Assembly: GCA_937124965.1 (NCBI GenBank)
Contig: CAKZLB010000013.1
Coordinates: forward strand, 299,154-363,153
DNA length: 64,000 nucleotides
Source of the DNA: an uncultured Bacteroidota bacterium
Lineage (GTDB): Bacteria > Bacteroidota > Bacteroidia > NS11-12g > UBA9320
Direction of reading: 5' to 3'
The translations under genes were made by a program, and so were the position numbers. Shown here piece by piece: positions 18,797 to 30,195 of the stretch. Numbering within the stretch: the stretch's first letter is position 1; each line of letters opens with the position of its first letter. Below the pieces are notes generated by a model. That model did no database searches and had not been told where the DNA came from. It was given only the letters and a program-made list of their open reading frames with translations.

Positions 18797-20253
18797 AGCA
18801 ATTGAATTCCATATTGCCTAACAATTTGTCTTTTTCAATAAAAGGAGATTCTGCTATTGACATAAATCATTTGCAATTGGATTCTCGTTTGGTTAAGCCA
18901 GGAGATTGTTTCATTGCGATTAGAGGAAGTATTACGGACGGTCATAAGTATATAGAAACGGCCATTTCAAACGGTGCTTCAGTAATAATCGCGGAAGAGG
19001 TTCCGGAAAACCCGCATGACAGCGTAACCTATGTAATTACAAAAAACACCACTTCATTCATTGGACCGCTCGCCTCAAACTATTACGACAACCCATCTAA
19101 AAACTTGAAGCTCGTTGGTGTTACCGGAACAAACGGGAAAACCACCGTTGCGACGTTGTTATATAAACTGTACAGAAAACTTGGAATTTCATGTGGTTTG
19201 CTCAGCACGGTCGAAAACAAAATTAACGATACCGTTTCACCTTCCACGCATACAACGCCAGACCCTATAACGCTCAACCACTTACTTAAAAAAATGGTGG
19301 ATGCAGGTTGCACTTACTGCTTTATGGAGGTGAGTTCACATGCCATTCATCAAGAGCGAATTGGAGGTTTGCGTTTTAAGCTCGCGGCCTTCACAAATAT
19401 TACTCATGATCATCTCGATTATCATGAAACTTTTGCCAACTATCGAGATGTAAAAAAATCACTTTTTGATCATTTAGATTCAGACGCGTTCGCCTTAACC
19501 AACAAAGACGATAAAAATGGTTTGGTTATGGTGCAGAACAGCAGTGCTACGCGATACACCTACGCGTTACATTCTTCTGCTGATTTCACGGCTCGAATAG
19601 TTGAGCACGATTTCAATGGGATGTTATTATCCATTGATAGAAAAGAAGCTTGGTATCATTTAGTTGGAAAATTTAATGCCTACAACCTACTCACCGTTTA
19701 TGCCACTGCGTTTATTCTCGGTCAGGAATCAGATACCATCATTACCGCTTTAACAAGTTTAACTGCAGTAAACGGCCGTTTTGAGTATATTCAATCAGAG
19801 AGTAAAATAATTGGCGTAATCGATTATGCGCACACTCCCGATGCCCTAGAGAACGTATTGCAAACGATAAATGCAGTTCGCTCTAAAAACGAACAACTGA
19901 TTACCGTAATCGGATGTGGTGGAAACAGAGATCACGACAAACGTCCAATTATGGCAAAAGTCTCAGCCGAGTTGAGCAACAAAGTCATCCTTACTTCAGA
20001 CAACCCACGAACGGAAAATCCAGAAGCAATCTTAGCCGATATGCAAACTGGCATTCCACCTCAACACTATAAAAAAGTACTAAAAATTACCGACCGAGAG
20101 CAAGCTATTCGAACCGCGATTAGTTTATCTAACCCAGGCGATATAATTCTAATTGCGGGCAAAGGTCATGAGACATATCAGGACATTAAAGGAGTAAAAC
20201 ACCCCTTTGACGATAAAGAAGTATTCATAAAAAACACCTCCCAAAACCTATAA
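18793..20253 (+). CDS. murE: UDP-MurNAc-L-Ala-D-Glu:meso-DAP ligase MurE
   Basis: P-loop 'GVTGTNGKTT'. 'DNPR' DAP-specificity motif present. Confidence 0.9.
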   Translation: MKQLNSILPNNLSFSIKGDSAIDINHLQLDSRLVKPGDCFIAIRGSITDGHKYIETAISNGASVIIAEEVPENPHDSVTYVITKNTTSFIGPLASNYYDNPSKNLKLVGVTGTNGKTTVATLLYKLYRKLGISCGLLSTVENKINDTVSPSTHTTPDPITLNHLLKKMVDAGCTYCFMEVSSHAIHQERIGGLRFKLAAFTNITHDHLDYHETFANYRDVKKSLFDHLDSDAFALTNKDDKNGLVMVQNSSATRYTYALHSSADFTARIVEHDFNGMLLSIDRKEAWYHLVGKFNAYNLLTVYATAFILGQESDTIITALTSLTAVNGRFEYIQSESKIIGVIDYAHTPDALENVLQTINAVRSKNEQLITVIGCGGNRDHDKRPIMAKVSAELSNKVILTSDNPRTENPEAILADMQTGIPPQHYKKVLKITDREQAIRTAISLSNPGDIILIAGKGHETYQDIKGVKHPFDDKEVFIKNTSQNL

Positions 20254-20256
20254 AGT

Positions 20257-21516
20257 ATGCTGTATTATTTATTTAGATATTTAGAACAACATTTTGCAAT
20301 TCCAGGGGCTGGTGTGTTTGAATTTAGCTCGTTTAGAGCCATCCTGGCCATAATTGTCTCATTAATGATTAGCCTGCTTTTTGGCAAGAAGTTAATAGAC
20401 ATGCTCCGTAAAAAGCAAGTTGGTGAGTCAATTCGCGACCTGGGACTTGAAGGGCAAATCGAGAAAAAAGGAACACCAACAATGGGTGGTTTAATCATTA
20501 TTGCCGCCATTTTAATCCCCACATTATTATTCGCTAGACTCAGGAATATTTACGTCATCCTGATGATTGTAACCACCGTATGGCTTGGGTTAATTGGATT
20601 CTTGGATGATTACATTAAGGTTTTCAAAAAAGATAAAGCTGGCTTAGCTGGTAAATTCAAAGTTGTGGGTCAACTCGGCTTAGGGTTAATCATCGGTCTC
20701 ACACTTTACTTTAACAAAGAAGTTGTTGTTCGTGAAACTGTTTCACAAAGCGAAGCCACTTCTACTCAAATTGAAGCCTCACATGAAAGCTATCAAAATG
20801 AGCTTGGTGAAACGATGTATGTCATAGATAATAAATCAACTATAACCACGATTCCATTTATAAAAAGTCATGAGTTTGACTATGCAGACTTACTTTTCTT
20901 TTTAAGTAATGCAAATGCTAAAAAGTACTCGTGGATTATCTACGTGTTTGTTGTCACGTTTATCATCATTGCGGTAAGTAATGGAGCCAACCTTACCGAC
21001 GGCATCGACGGATTGGCTGCTGGAACGAGTGCTATAATCGGTCTCACGTTAGCTGTGCTAGCGTTCATTTCTGGTAATGCCATATTCGCCAAATACCTGA
21101 ACATCATGTTTATTCCTTTTCAAGGGGAACTTGTAATTTTTGGTGCGGCTTTCGTCGGGGCATGTATCGGCTTTTTATGGTACAACTCCTACCCTGCTCA
21201 AGTTTTTATGGGCGATACTGGAAGTTTAGCACTAGGAGGAATAATCGCAGTTTTTGCCATTATGCTTCGTAAGGAATTATTGATTCCAATTTTATGCGGA
21301 ATCTTTTTGGCTGAAAATCTATCGGTTGTCATTCAAGTCAGCTATTTCAAATACACAAAAAAACGATATGGCGAAGGTCGACGCATATTCAAAATGTCGC
21401 CTTTACATCACCACTATCAAAAGTTAGGATACGCAGAACCCAAAATCGTTACGAGGTTTTGGATTGTCGGAATCATGCTAGCAGCGCTCACCATAATAAC
21501 CTTTAAGCTACGATAA
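20257..21516 (+). CDS. mraY: Phospho-N-acetylmuramoyl-pentapeptide transferase MraY
   Basis: '[13 protein letters not shown]', '[12 protein letters not shown]', 'SPLHHH'. Confidence 0.95.
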   Translation: MLYYLFRYLEQHFAIPGAGVFEFSSFRAILAIIVSLMISLLFGKKLIDMLRKKQVGESIRDLGLEGQIEKKGTPTMGGLIIIAAILIPTLLFARLRNIYVILMIVTTVWLGLIGFLDDYIKVFKKDKAGLAGKFKVVGQLGLGLIIGLTLYFNKEVVVRETVSQSEATSTQIEASHESYQNELGETMYVIDNKSTITTIPFIKSHEFDYADLLFFLSNANAKKYSWIIYVFVVTFIIIAVSNGANLTDGIDGLAAGTSAIIGLTLAVLAFISGNAIFAKYLNIMFIPFQGELVIFGAAFVGACIGFLWYNSYPAQVFMGDTGSLALGGIIAVFAIMLRKELLIPILCGIFLAENLSVVIQVSYFKYTKKRYGEGRRIFKMSPLHHHYQKLGYAEPKIVTRFWIVGIMLAALTIITFKLR

Positions 21517-21519
21517 CAA

Positions 21520-22860
21520 TTGCCAAGAAGAACAGTCATATTAGGCGCTGGTGAAAGCGGAACAGGTGCAGCATTACTTGCAAAGCACTTGGGACATGAC
21601 GTGTTTGTTTCTGACAAAGGAACGATAAAGGATAAGTATGCCTTAGATTTAAAAGACAACAACATTGCTTACGAGCAAGGATTGCATTCTGAAGAGCTTA
21701 TTCTAAATGCTGATGAAGTAATCTTAAGTCCTGGGATTCCTCTAACAGTACCGTTAGTAAAACAACTGAAGAAAAATGGAGTGCCAGTGATATCCGAAAT
21801 TGAGTTTGGCGCTCGCCATACAGAGGCAATGTTGATTGGAATTACCGGGACAAATGGTAAAACAACAACTACCCTTTTGACACACCACCTTTTACAATCA
21901 GCTGGAATAAAGGTTGGCCTCGCGGGTAATGTAGGTCATAGCTTAGCACGACAAGTAATTGACAATCAGTTCACTCATTACGTAATTGAGCTTAGCAGCT
22001 TTCAACTTGACTTGATTTTCGAAACCAAGTTTCACTACGCAATTTTACTAAATATTACCCCTGATCACCTGGATCGATATCCAAGTTACCAGCACTATAT
22101 CGCCTCAAAATTTAGAATCACACAGAACCAAAATGAAAACGATTATTTCATCTACTGTGAGGATTCTGAACCTGTTGCAAACTATCTAACCGAACACCCT
22201 ACAAATGCTCACAAGCTTCCTTTCTCGATAAATCATACCGTCGACGAGGGCGCATGGACTGACGAACTTGCTTTTCACATCAACTTATATCAACCAAAAA
22301 TAAAATTTAAAATGGACTTAAATCAACTCACAATTAGTGGGAAACACAACACGTACAACTCAATGGCAGCATCCATTGTAGCAAACTCTCTACTTATCCG
22401 AAACGACGTAATTAGAGAGAGTCTAATGGACTTTAAAAACATTGAACACAGACTAGAATTTGTGACGGCTGTAAAAGGCGTAGATTACATTAACGATTCA
22501 AAGGCTACTAATGTTAATTCTGCTTGGTATGCGTTAGAAAGTATGAAAAAACCAGTAGTTTGGATTGCTGGCGGTATTGACAAAGGCAATGATTATTCAA
22601 GCTTAGTCCCACTAGTAAAGGAAAAAGTACGCATCCTTATTTGTTTAGGAAAAAACAACATCGCGTTACACCAAGCTTTTTCAAAACATGTCGATATGAT
22701 TATCAACGTTACTTCGGCTAAAGAAGCGGTGCAAGTTGCTAATGGAATGGCATTTAAAACTGAGGTAGTTCTTCTTTCTCCAGCATGCGCAAGTTTCGAT
22801 TTGTTCGAAAGCTATGAAGACAGAGGCCGTCAATTTAAGTATGAAGTGCGTAATCTGTAA
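21520..22860 (+). CDS. murD: UDP-MurNAc-L-Ala:D-Glu ligase MurD
   Basis: 'GITGTNGKTTTT', 'ITPDHLDRY', Mur ligase C-terminal domain. Confidence 0.9.
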   Translation: MPRRTVILGAGESGTGAALLAKHLGHDVFVSDKGTIKDKYALDLKDNNIAYEQGLHSEELILNADEVILSPGIPLTVPLVKQLKKNGVPVISEIEFGARHTEAMLIGITGTNGKTTTTLLTHHLLQSAGIKVGLAGNVGHSLARQVIDNQFTHYVIELSSFQLDLIFETKFHYAILLNITPDHLDRYPSYQHYIASKFRITQNQNENDYFIYCEDSEPVANYLTEHPTNAHKLPFSINHTVDEGAWTDELAFHINLYQPKIKFKMDLNQLTISGKHNTYNSMAASIVANSLLIRNDVIRESLMDFKNIEHRLEFVTAVKGVDYINDSKATNVNSAWYALESMKKPVVWIAGGIDKGNDYSSLVPLVKEKVRILICLGKNNIALHQAFSKHVDMIINVTSAKEAVQVANGMAFKTEVVLLSPACASFDLFESYEDRGRQFKYEVRNL

Positions 22861-22863
22861 GTA

Positions 22864-24027
22864 GTGCTACATTGGATTCGTAATAATATCAAGGGAGACC
22901 ATATAATATGGTTCGTTGTTGTCCTACTTTCATTGTGGGGTGTGCTTGCAATATATAGTTCTACGAGTCTTTTTGCCTATAAATTTCATGGAGGCGACAC
23001 AGAGTATTACTTAGTTAAACACGTTGGGATATTAGTCATGGGACTATTTCTCATGTGGTTAACGCATTTGGTTGATTTTCAATATTACTCTAGACCAGCC
23101 CAGTACTTGGTGTACTTAGCTATGGTCCTCCTGTTTTACACATTAATCTTTGGTAATGATTTGAACAATGCGAAACGTTCGATCACAATTCCGGGTATTG
23201 GACTGTCATTTCAATCCTCCGATTTTGCCAAAGTTGCACTTATCATGTATATCGCACAGTTCTTGTCAAAACGACAAGAATCTGTCGCCGATTTCAAAAA
23301 GACATTTTTACCAGTACTAATAGTCATTGTAGTCGTTTGCGCATTGATTGGTATCGCCGATTTATCAACGGCCGCTGTTTTATTTGCAACGTCCATTTTA
23401 CTATTATTTATTGGGCGGATTCCTGCAAAATATCTTTTTGCCCTTTTTGGTACTGGAACCATAGTTATTGGCGTTTTGGCCTTCGTTATATGGAATTCTG
23501 ACACAGACATAGGTCGTATCAAAACATGGAAATCGAGAATTGAAAGTTATGTAAGCTTTGTTGGGGGTGATGAAACCGCGGAATCATATCAGAATCAACA
23601 AGCTAATATTGCCATCTCTAATGGTGGTTTAACGGGTTTAGGGCCTGGAAAAAGTAAACAACGAAACTTCCTACCATTAGCCTTCTCAGATTTTATTTAT
23701 GCAATTATTATTGAGGAATATGGATTGATAGGTGGACTATTTGTAATGGGGCTTTACCTCACGTTATTGTACCGTGCGGTGTTGATTGTCGTCCATTCTC
23801 CCAAAGCATTTGGAGCACTGCTAGCCATAGGTCTGTCCTTTACACTCGTAATTCAAGCTTTCATGAACATGGGAGTAGCGGTTCATTTATTCCCAAATAC
23901 TGGATTACCGCTACCATTTATAAGCATGGGAGGAACGAGCTTACTATTTACAAGTATTGCAATGGGAATAATCCTAAGTGTTAGCCGAATAAGCAGAAAC
24001 GAAACTGAGTTAATAGATGAAGAATAA
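22864..24027 (+). CDS. ftsW: FtsW (SEDS-family peptidoglycan glycosyltransferase)
   Basis: 10-TM SEDS protein. 'SDFIYAIIIEEYGLIGG', 'PFISMGGTS'. Confidence 0.9.
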   Translation: MLHWIRNNIKGDHIIWFVVVLLSLWGVLAIYSSTSLFAYKFHGGDTEYYLVKHVGILVMGLFLMWLTHLVDFQYYSRPAQYLVYLAMVLLFYTLIFGNDLNNAKRSITIPGIGLSFQSSDFAKVALIMYIAQFLSKRQESVADFKKTFLPVLIVIVVVCALIGIADLSTAAVLFATSILLLFIGRIPAKYLFALFGTGTIVIGVLAFVIWNSDTDIGRIKTWKSRIESYVSFVGGDETAESYQNQQANIAISNGGLTGLGPGKSKQRNFLPLAFSDFIYAIIIEEYGLIGGLFVMGLYLTLLYRAVLIVVHSPKAFGALLAIGLSFTLVIQAFMNMGVAVHLFPNTGLPLPFISMGGTSLLFTSIAMGIILSVSRISRNETELIDEE

Positions 24028-25096
24028 AAGAACATTTTTAATTTCAGGTGGCGGTACTGGTGGCCATATTTTTCCAGCAATTGCAATTGGTAAAGCTTTA
24101 CAACTGAAATACCCTGAATCGACGATAGAATTTGTCGGAGCAAAAGACAAAATGGAGATGCAAAAAGTTCCAGAGGCTGGATTCAAGATTCATGGGCTTT
24201 GGATAAGTGGAATAGATCGAAAACTCTCTCTAAAGAACTTTAGTTTTCCATTCAAACTCCTTTCTAGTTTATGGAAATCGTATAAAATTATTAAAAAAAT
24301 AAAGCCTTCGGCGGTTATTGGTGTTGGTGGCTTCGCTAGTGGACCATTGTTGTACGTAGCAAATGTACTTGGCATACCAACTTTGGTTCAAGAACAAAAC
24401 AGCTACCCAGGTATTACTAATAAACTATTATCAAAAAAAGCTGACAAAATTTGTGTTGCATTCGACAACATGGAGCGTTTCTTTCCAAAAGAAAAAATTG
24501 TCATTACTGGAAACCCCATCCGCCAAGAATTACTAAACTCCAACAAAACAGTAGAACAAGCACGAGAACATTTTGGTTTAATAAATGAATCAACAGTCTT
24601 GATAATCGGTGGTAGTTTAGGTGCTAGAACTATTAACCAAGCAATAGCAAAAGACCTAAAATTATTTGAACAAAAAGGTATTCAGGTAATTTGGCAAACA
24701 GGGAAATCATATTCAGAGAAGCACTCGGTTTATGGTATACAAACTACCTTTATCAAGGAGATGGATTTGGCATATCAAGCCGCAGATCTGATTATTTCTA
24801 GAGCTGGAGCATCTAGTCTTTCAGAATTAAGTGCTCTGGGTAAAGCGAGTATTTTGGTTCCAAGTCCTAATGTGACTGAAGATCATCAGACTAAAAATGC
24901 AATGGCCATGGTTGAAAAAGACGCTGCTGAAATCATCCGAGATCATGAAGCTTTAGAGAAACTAGTATCTTTTGCATTACAGTTAATCGATGATAAAAAT
25001 CGGATAGAATTTTTACAGTCAAACGCTAAGCTCTTAGGCAAGACAAACGCAACGGAATTGATTGTTCAAGAAATTGAATGCCTAATAAGTCAATGA
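24017..25096 (+). CDS. murG: UDP-GlcNAc:lipid I GlcNAc transferase MurG
   Basis: 'GGTGGHIFPA', 'RAGASSLSEL'. Confidence 0.9.
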   Translation: MKNKRTFLISGGGTGGHIFPAIAIGKALQLKYPESTIEFVGAKDKMEMQKVPEAGFKIHGLWISGIDRKLSLKNFSFPFKLLSSLWKSYKIIKKIKPSAVIGVGGFASGPLLYVANVLGIPTLVQEQNSYPGITNKLLSKKADKICVAFDNMERFFPKEKIVITGNPIRQELLNSNKTVEQAREHFGLINESTVLIIGGSLGARTINQAIAKDLKLFEQKGIQVIWQTGKSYSEKHSVYGIQTTFIKEMDLAYQAADLIISRAGASSLSELSALGKASILVPSPNVTEDHQTKNAMAMVEKDAAEIIRDHEALEKLVSFALQLIDDKNRIEFLQSNAKLLGKTNATELIVQEIECLISQ

Positions 25097-26460
25097 ACAT
25101 AAAGCAGCTACATACCGTATTTTTTATTGGCATTGGTGGCATAGGTATGAGCGCTCTAGCCAGATATTTTAAGCATCAGGGGTTTAATGTTTTGGGTTAT
25201 GACAAAACACCAAATCCTGTAACAAAAGCATTACGTGACGAAGACATAGAAATTCATTTTAGCGATGACGTATCTTGGGCAAAAGAACAACTTACAGGTG
25301 TCTCTTTATCAGAAATTGTAGTTGTGTACACACCTGCTGTTCCCTTTAATTTAGGCATCAAAACTTATTTTGAATCTGAGAATGTACGCATCATTAAACG
25401 CGCTGAGGCACTAGGAATCGTTACTCAGCAGACAACAAATTTGTCCATTGCAGGAACACATGGAAAAACAACAACAAGCTGTCTTTTAGCACACATTCTA
25501 TCTGTATCTGAAATACCACAAGTTGCTTTCTTAGGAGGTATTTCATCAAATTTAAATAGCAATTATTACAACACGTTAAAAGAAAATACAACCTCAGTAA
25601 GTGTAACTGAAGCCGACGAGTTTGATCGTTCATTTCTTCATTTAACTCCAAAATATGCGGCCATAACCAATATGGATGCCGACCATTTGGATATATATGG
25701 TGACAAAGACTCACTCACAAAATCATTTATTGAATTTGGCGACAACGTAAATCCTGATGGAAAACTGTTTGTTCAAGCCGATTGTCAGAACGAATTTAAA
25801 CGACCAATAATCACCTACGGAATTGAGCAAGGGCATATTAGCGCAAGAAACGTTCACATTCATGAAGGTCAATTTATTTTCGATTTGTACCTAGACAGCG
25901 ATGTTTTCCGTCTTCTAAAACTGGGGATCCCAGGAAAACATAACATTGAAAATGCCGTAGCAGCATCGTGTATTGCATTGGAAATGGGTGTATCCGAAGA
26001 CCAACTGCGTAATGCACTCGAAACATTCAAAGGGGTTAAACGTCGGTTTGAATATGTTGTGAATACCAAAGAACATGTTTTTATTGATGATTATGCACAT
26101 CACCCTACAGAATTAAAGGCAATAATATCCGCGACCAAAGAACTATATCCATCAAAAAAAATAACAGGAATCTTTCAACCTCATTTGTTTACACGCACTC
26201 GCGACTTTATGGATGAGTTTGCAGAGAGCTTGTCACTATTGGATGAGATAATCTTATTGGACATTTATCCAGCAAGAGAACTACCGATAGAAGGAGTAGA
26301 CAGCCAAGTTTTACTTGAAAAAATTCGTACAAAAAAATCGTTAGAAACTAAAGAGCGGGCTATTAACAAAATTGCAAGTGAACTACCAGAAGTTCTCCTT
26401 ACGTTAGGAGCTGGAGATATTGACTCAATTATTCAACCATTGAAATCACTCTACGTATGA
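25078..26460 (+). CDS. murC: UDP-N-acetylmuramate--L-alanine ligase MurC
   Basis: 'FIGIGGIGMSALA', 'AGTHGKTTT', 'DHLDIYG'. Confidence 0.9.
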   Translation: MPNKSMNIKQLHTVFFIGIGGIGMSALARYFKHQGFNVLGYDKTPNPVTKALRDEDIEIHFSDDVSWAKEQLTGVSLSEIVVVYTPAVPFNLGIKTYFESENVRIIKRAEALGIVTQQTTNLSIAGTHGKTTTSCLLAHILSVSEIPQVAFLGGISSNLNSNYYNTLKENTTSVSVTEADEFDRSFLHLTPKYAAITNMDADHLDIYGDKDSLTKSFIEFGDNVNPDGKLFVQADCQNEFKRPIITYGIEQGHISARNVHIHEGQFIFDLYLDSDVFRLLKLGIPGKHNIENAVAASCIALEMGVSEDQLRNALETFKGVKRRFEYVVNTKEHVFIDDYAHHPTELKAIISATKELYPSKKITGIFQPHLFTRTRDFMDEFAESLSLLDEIILLDIYPARELPIEGVDSQVLLEKIRTKKSLETKERAINKIASELPEVLLTLGAGDIDSIIQPLKSLYV

Positions 26461-27182
26461 AGAAGTATCTGTTACGTTGGGTGTTTTTGGGAGTTGGTTT
26501 GTTGCTGACGATTACCTTGTTTTTTATTTTTAAGGTGAAGAAAACAAATACTGTTTGCACTGATTTTAACATTGAATACCACAGAAAACAAGAACCATTA
26601 ATTTCAAAAAGCCAAATTGCCGACTATTTACGCAAGGACTCTATCCAATTTATTGGCTTACAAGGCAAGGATATCGACTTGGCTAGTGTTGAAAAAAGTT
26701 TAAACAAAAACGATTTTATTCAAGAAGCCCATTGCTATTTAGCGATGAATGGAAATTTACAACTCGTCATTCATCAAAAAACTCCTATTTTACGAGTAAT
26801 TCCGCTTGGAAAACCAGGATATTATTTAGATAAAAATGGCAAGAAATTCCCGCTATCACTGCTATACACACCCGATGTAAAAGTGGCCACTGGGTTTATC
26901 AACACGAGCTTGCACAAAAAACTGTACACATTCACAAGCTATGTTAATCAGTCAGACTTCTGGAAACCCTTTATAGAACAGATATTTGTCAGACCCAATG
27001 GAGATATAATCTTCACCACGCAAATGGGAGGGCACGAAGTAGTTGTTGGAGACAATAATCGTTTAGAACAAAAACTTGATAAGCTAATGCGATTTTATCA
27101 AAAGGCTTCATCAAATCTCGGATGGGAAACCTATAGAGAAATAAATATTAAGTATAGAGATCAAGTAATTTGCAAGAAGTAG
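26457..27182 (+). CDS. ftsQ: Cell division protein FtsQ
   Basis: Single N-terminal TM then POTRA-like region. Position between murC and ftsA. Confidence 0.7.
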   Translation: MKKYLLRWVFLGVGLLLTITLFFIFKVKKTNTVCTDFNIEYHRKQEPLISKSQIADYLRKDSIQFIGLQGKDIDLASVEKSLNKNDFIQEAHCYLAMNGNLQLVIHQKTPILRVIPLGKPGYYLDKNGKKFPLSLLYTPDVKVATGFINTSLHKKLYTFTSYVNQSDFWKPFIEQIFVRPNGDIIFTTQMGGHEVVVGDNNRLEQKLDKLMRFYQKASSNLGWETYREINIKYRDQVICKK

Positions 27183-27183
27183 C

Positions 27184-28515
27184 ATGACCGAAAACAAAAT
27201 CATCGTAGGACTAGACATAGGAACCACAAAAATCTGCACCATTGTGGGTAGGATGGGTGAATATGGAAAAGTTGACATCCTAGGTTTAGGACAAGTCCCA
27301 ACGAATGGTGGAGTAACACGTGGTGTTGTTTCAAATATTGACAAGACGGTAAATGCGATTATTGCTTCTACAGAAGACGCTGCGAAAAAATCGAATGTAG
27401 ATATAAATCGAGTTCATGTTGGAATTGCGGGCGCTCACATCAACAGCTTGCAACATAGAGGCATGATTATTCGTAATGATGCCGAACTTGAAATTTCACA
27501 AGACGATTTAGATAAGTTAGAGAAAGACATGCATAAATTGTCAGTAAACCCTGGCGATAAAATTATACATGTTCTTCCACAAGACTTTACTGTAGACAAC
27601 GAACCCGGTATTGTAGACCCAATAGGAATGGCTGGTGTCAAACTTGAAGGAAACTACCATATAATCACTGGGCAGATAACAGCCGCAAAAAATATATACA
27701 AGTGCGTTGAAAAATCAGGTCTAAAAGTTTCTGAACTAACGTTAGAGCCTTTAGCATCTGCACACTCGGTATTAAGTGAAGAAGAGTTAGAAGCAGGTGT
27801 TGCTTTAGTTGACATCGGAGGCGGAACAACAGACGTTGCCATCTTCCATGAAAACATAATACGACACACCGCAATTATACCTTACGGTGGTAACATCATC
27901 ACGGAAGACATCAAAGAAGGATGTAACGTAATGAAGCACCAAGCTGAATTGCTAAAAACTCGATTTGGATCAGCATTGGCAGACGAATCAACCGAAAACG
28001 AAATAGTTTCAATTCCAGGGTTACGAGGAAGAGAGCCTAAAGAAATATCCGTTAAGAACTTATCCATGATTATAAGTGCACGGGTTTCTGAGATATTAGA
28101 ACTTGTGTATTACGAAATCAAATCAAGCGGTTTAGAAAAGAAACTGGTTGGAGGAATTGTAATTACCGGTGGAGGAGCTATGTTAAAAAACATAACTCAA
28201 TTAGCAGAATACATCACTTGTTTGGATGCACGAATCGGTTATCCTAACGAGCATCTAGCCAAAGGAATGGTAGATGAGGTAAAAAGTCCAATTTATGCTA
28301 CAGCAGTTGGCTTAGTGTTAAAAGGGTTACGTGAAGATTCCGAGGCAAATAACGAATTTAGACGAGAAGAAAAAAAAGAGGTTGAAATTGAAGCAGATGT
28401 AGCTGAAATGACCGAAGAAGATAAAGATCGAAGTATAAAAGCAGAAAGGCGTGATCATTTTTTCACAAAATTCAAAGCTTGGTTAAAGGACGAAAGTGAC
28501 ATTAAAGATTTTTAG
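27184..28515 (+). CDS. ftsA: Cell division protein FtsA
   Basis: Actin-fold 'VGLDIGTTKI', 'DIGGGTTD', 'ITGGGA'. C-terminal amphipathic membrane-targeting helix 'FFTKFKAWLKD'. Confidence 0.9.
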   Translation: MTENKIIVGLDIGTTKICTIVGRMGEYGKVDILGLGQVPTNGGVTRGVVSNIDKTVNAIIASTEDAAKKSNVDINRVHVGIAGAHINSLQHRGMIIRNDAELEISQDDLDKLEKDMHKLSVNPGDKIIHVLPQDFTVDNEPGIVDPIGMAGVKLEGNYHIITGQITAAKNIYKCVEKSGLKVSELTLEPLASAHSVLSEEELEAGVALVDIGGGTTDVAIFHENIIRHTAIIPYGGNIITEDIKEGCNVMKHQAELLKTRFGSALADESTENEIVSIPGLRGREPKEISVKNLSMIISARVSEILELVYYEIKSSGLEKKLVGGIVITGGGAMLKNITQLAEYITCLDARIGYPNEHLAKGMVDEVKSPIYATAVGLVLKGLREDSEANNEFRREEKKEVEIEADVAEMTEEDKDRSIKAERRDHFFTKFKAWLKDESDIKDF

Positions 28516-28524
28516 AAGAGCGGA

Positions 28525-29904
28525 ATGAACTTTAAAGTAGACTTACCTAAGGATAAATCTTCGATTATTAAAGTAATTGGAGTTGGAGGCGGAGGCGGAA
28601 ACGCCGTGAACTACATGTACGAGCAGGGTATTTCTGGCGTTGATTTCTTTATCTTTAATACTGACAATCAAGCGCTCGAAATGAGTGTTGTTCCAAATAA
28701 AATACAAATTGGAAACGAACTTACAGAAGGTCGCGGAGCGGGGTCAAACCCAGAAGTTGGAAAACACGCGGCTGAAGAAAGTTTAGAAGATATCATTGAC
28801 TCACTTGGTGTAAACACTCAAATGGTGTTTGTCACGGCAGGTATGGGTGGAGGAACCGGAACTGGAGCTGCTCCTGTTATTGCGAAAGCTGCAAAAGACA
28901 TGGGTATTCTAACCGTTGGTATTGTTACTACTCCATTTACTTTCGAAGGGAGTAAACGAGTAACAGCGGCGGAAACCGGACTTAATGAAATGCGGGAAGT
29001 AGTTGATTCATTATTGGTAATATCCAACGACCGAATCAAAGACATGTACGGCAACCTGAAAATTACTGAAGCATTTAGTCACGCAGACAATATTTTAACA
29101 ACAGCTGCAAAAGGAATTGCAGAAATAATAACCATTGCAGGTAGTATAAATGTCGACTTTGAAGACGTTAAAACTGCTATGACCAACAGTGGTGTTGCAA
29201 TTCTTGGTAATGGAGTTGCGGAAGGTGAAGATAGAGCGACGCGTGCGGCAGAACTAGCTTTAACCTCGCCTTTGCTAAATGATAACAAGATTGTTGGAGC
29301 AAGCGACTTATTGATTAACATTTCCTATGGCGATGAAGAAGCCCGAATGGATGAATATGCAGCAATCAACGAGTTCTTCCAAGATCAAGCTGGGATGGAC
29401 GCAAACCTTAAATGTGGGTTGTGTTATGACGATACCTTAGGATCGAAAATATCTGTAACCATAATAGCAACAGGTTTTAACAAAGCAGAAAATAGATACT
29501 TAGGTGTTTCTGAAATCGAAGAAGAAGAGAATCATATATTGGAATCTATTTCGATTGATCCAGAGGCAATAGAGGAAGAAGAAGTATCCAATAAAAAGCA
29601 AACTTCAATCTTCGACTACATTGAAGATAATGAGGAAGAAGAAGAAATCCGCAGTGCAAATGCGCGGGTAGAAGAAATGAAAGAACGAATTCTTCGACTG
29701 AAAGAGTTAAGTAAAACAGCAAACTCTCAAGAAGGAATGGAGGAACTTGAGAACGTTCCGGCATACAAAAGACGTGGGGTTAAACTAGCAAACACCACAC
29801 ACTCATCTGAATCAGATATCTCGCGAACTTCGCTTGTTGATGAACCAGATAATAAACCCGAAATAAAGACAAATAACAGTTTCTTACATGACAATGTAGA
29901 CTGA
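28525..29904 (+). CDS. ftsZ: Cell division GTPase FtsZ with long acidic C-terminal linker and tail
   Basis: '[11 protein letters not shown]', tubulin signature '[11 protein letters not shown]', T7 loop 'NVDFEDV'. The FtsA-binding peptide 'NVPAYKRRG' lies ~45 aa before the C-terminus. Confidence 0.95.
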   Translation: MNFKVDLPKDKSSIIKVIGVGGGGGNAVNYMYEQGISGVDFFIFNTDNQALEMSVVPNKIQIGNELTEGRGAGSNPEVGKHAAEESLEDIIDSLGVNTQMVFVTAGMGGGTGTGAAPVIAKAAKDMGILTVGIVTTPFTFEGSKRVTAAETGLNEMREVVDSLLVISNDRIKDMYGNLKITEAFSHADNILTTAAKGIAEIITIAGSINVDFEDVKTAMTNSGVAILGNGVAEGEDRATRAAELALTSPLLNDNKIVGASDLLINISYGDEEARMDEYAAINEFFQDQAGMDANLKCGLCYDDTLGSKISVTIIATGFNKAENRYLGVSEIEEEENHILESISIDPEAIEEEEVSNKKQTSIFDYIEDNEEEEEIRSANARVEEMKERILRLKELSKTANSQEGMEELENVPAYKRRGVKLANTTHSSESDISRTSLVDEPDNKPEIKTNNSFLHDNVD

Positions 29905-29935
29905 TAAGATTTTGACTACACATGCGACTTGAACA

Positions 29936-29989
29936 GGGGGGCACAATCATTTGAGAAAATGTTTATGTACCCCCTTTCTTTTTGAGCTT
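29936..29989 (+). terminator. Candidate composite stem-loop plus T-run after ftsZ (and convergent pth)
   Basis: GGGGG…CCCCC outer stem (29936-40 / 29970-74). Inner CATTT-gaga-AAATG hairpin (29948-61). Followed by TTTCTTTTT…TTTTTT. Confidence 0.35.
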
Positions 29990-30195
29990 TTTTCGTTGAC
30001 ACAATGTGGTAATGCGATAATGAGATAATACTAATGTGTCTCAAAATCAACCATACAGCTTTTGAACTATATATATAATCGAAAATGTTAGTTTAATAAT
30101 GTTGACTTCAAATGTCAGACCGACAATTGAAGCATTGATCATACCTGGTTAGTGTTGACCAACTCACAATTCTCAACTTTCAACTTTCTATTTAC

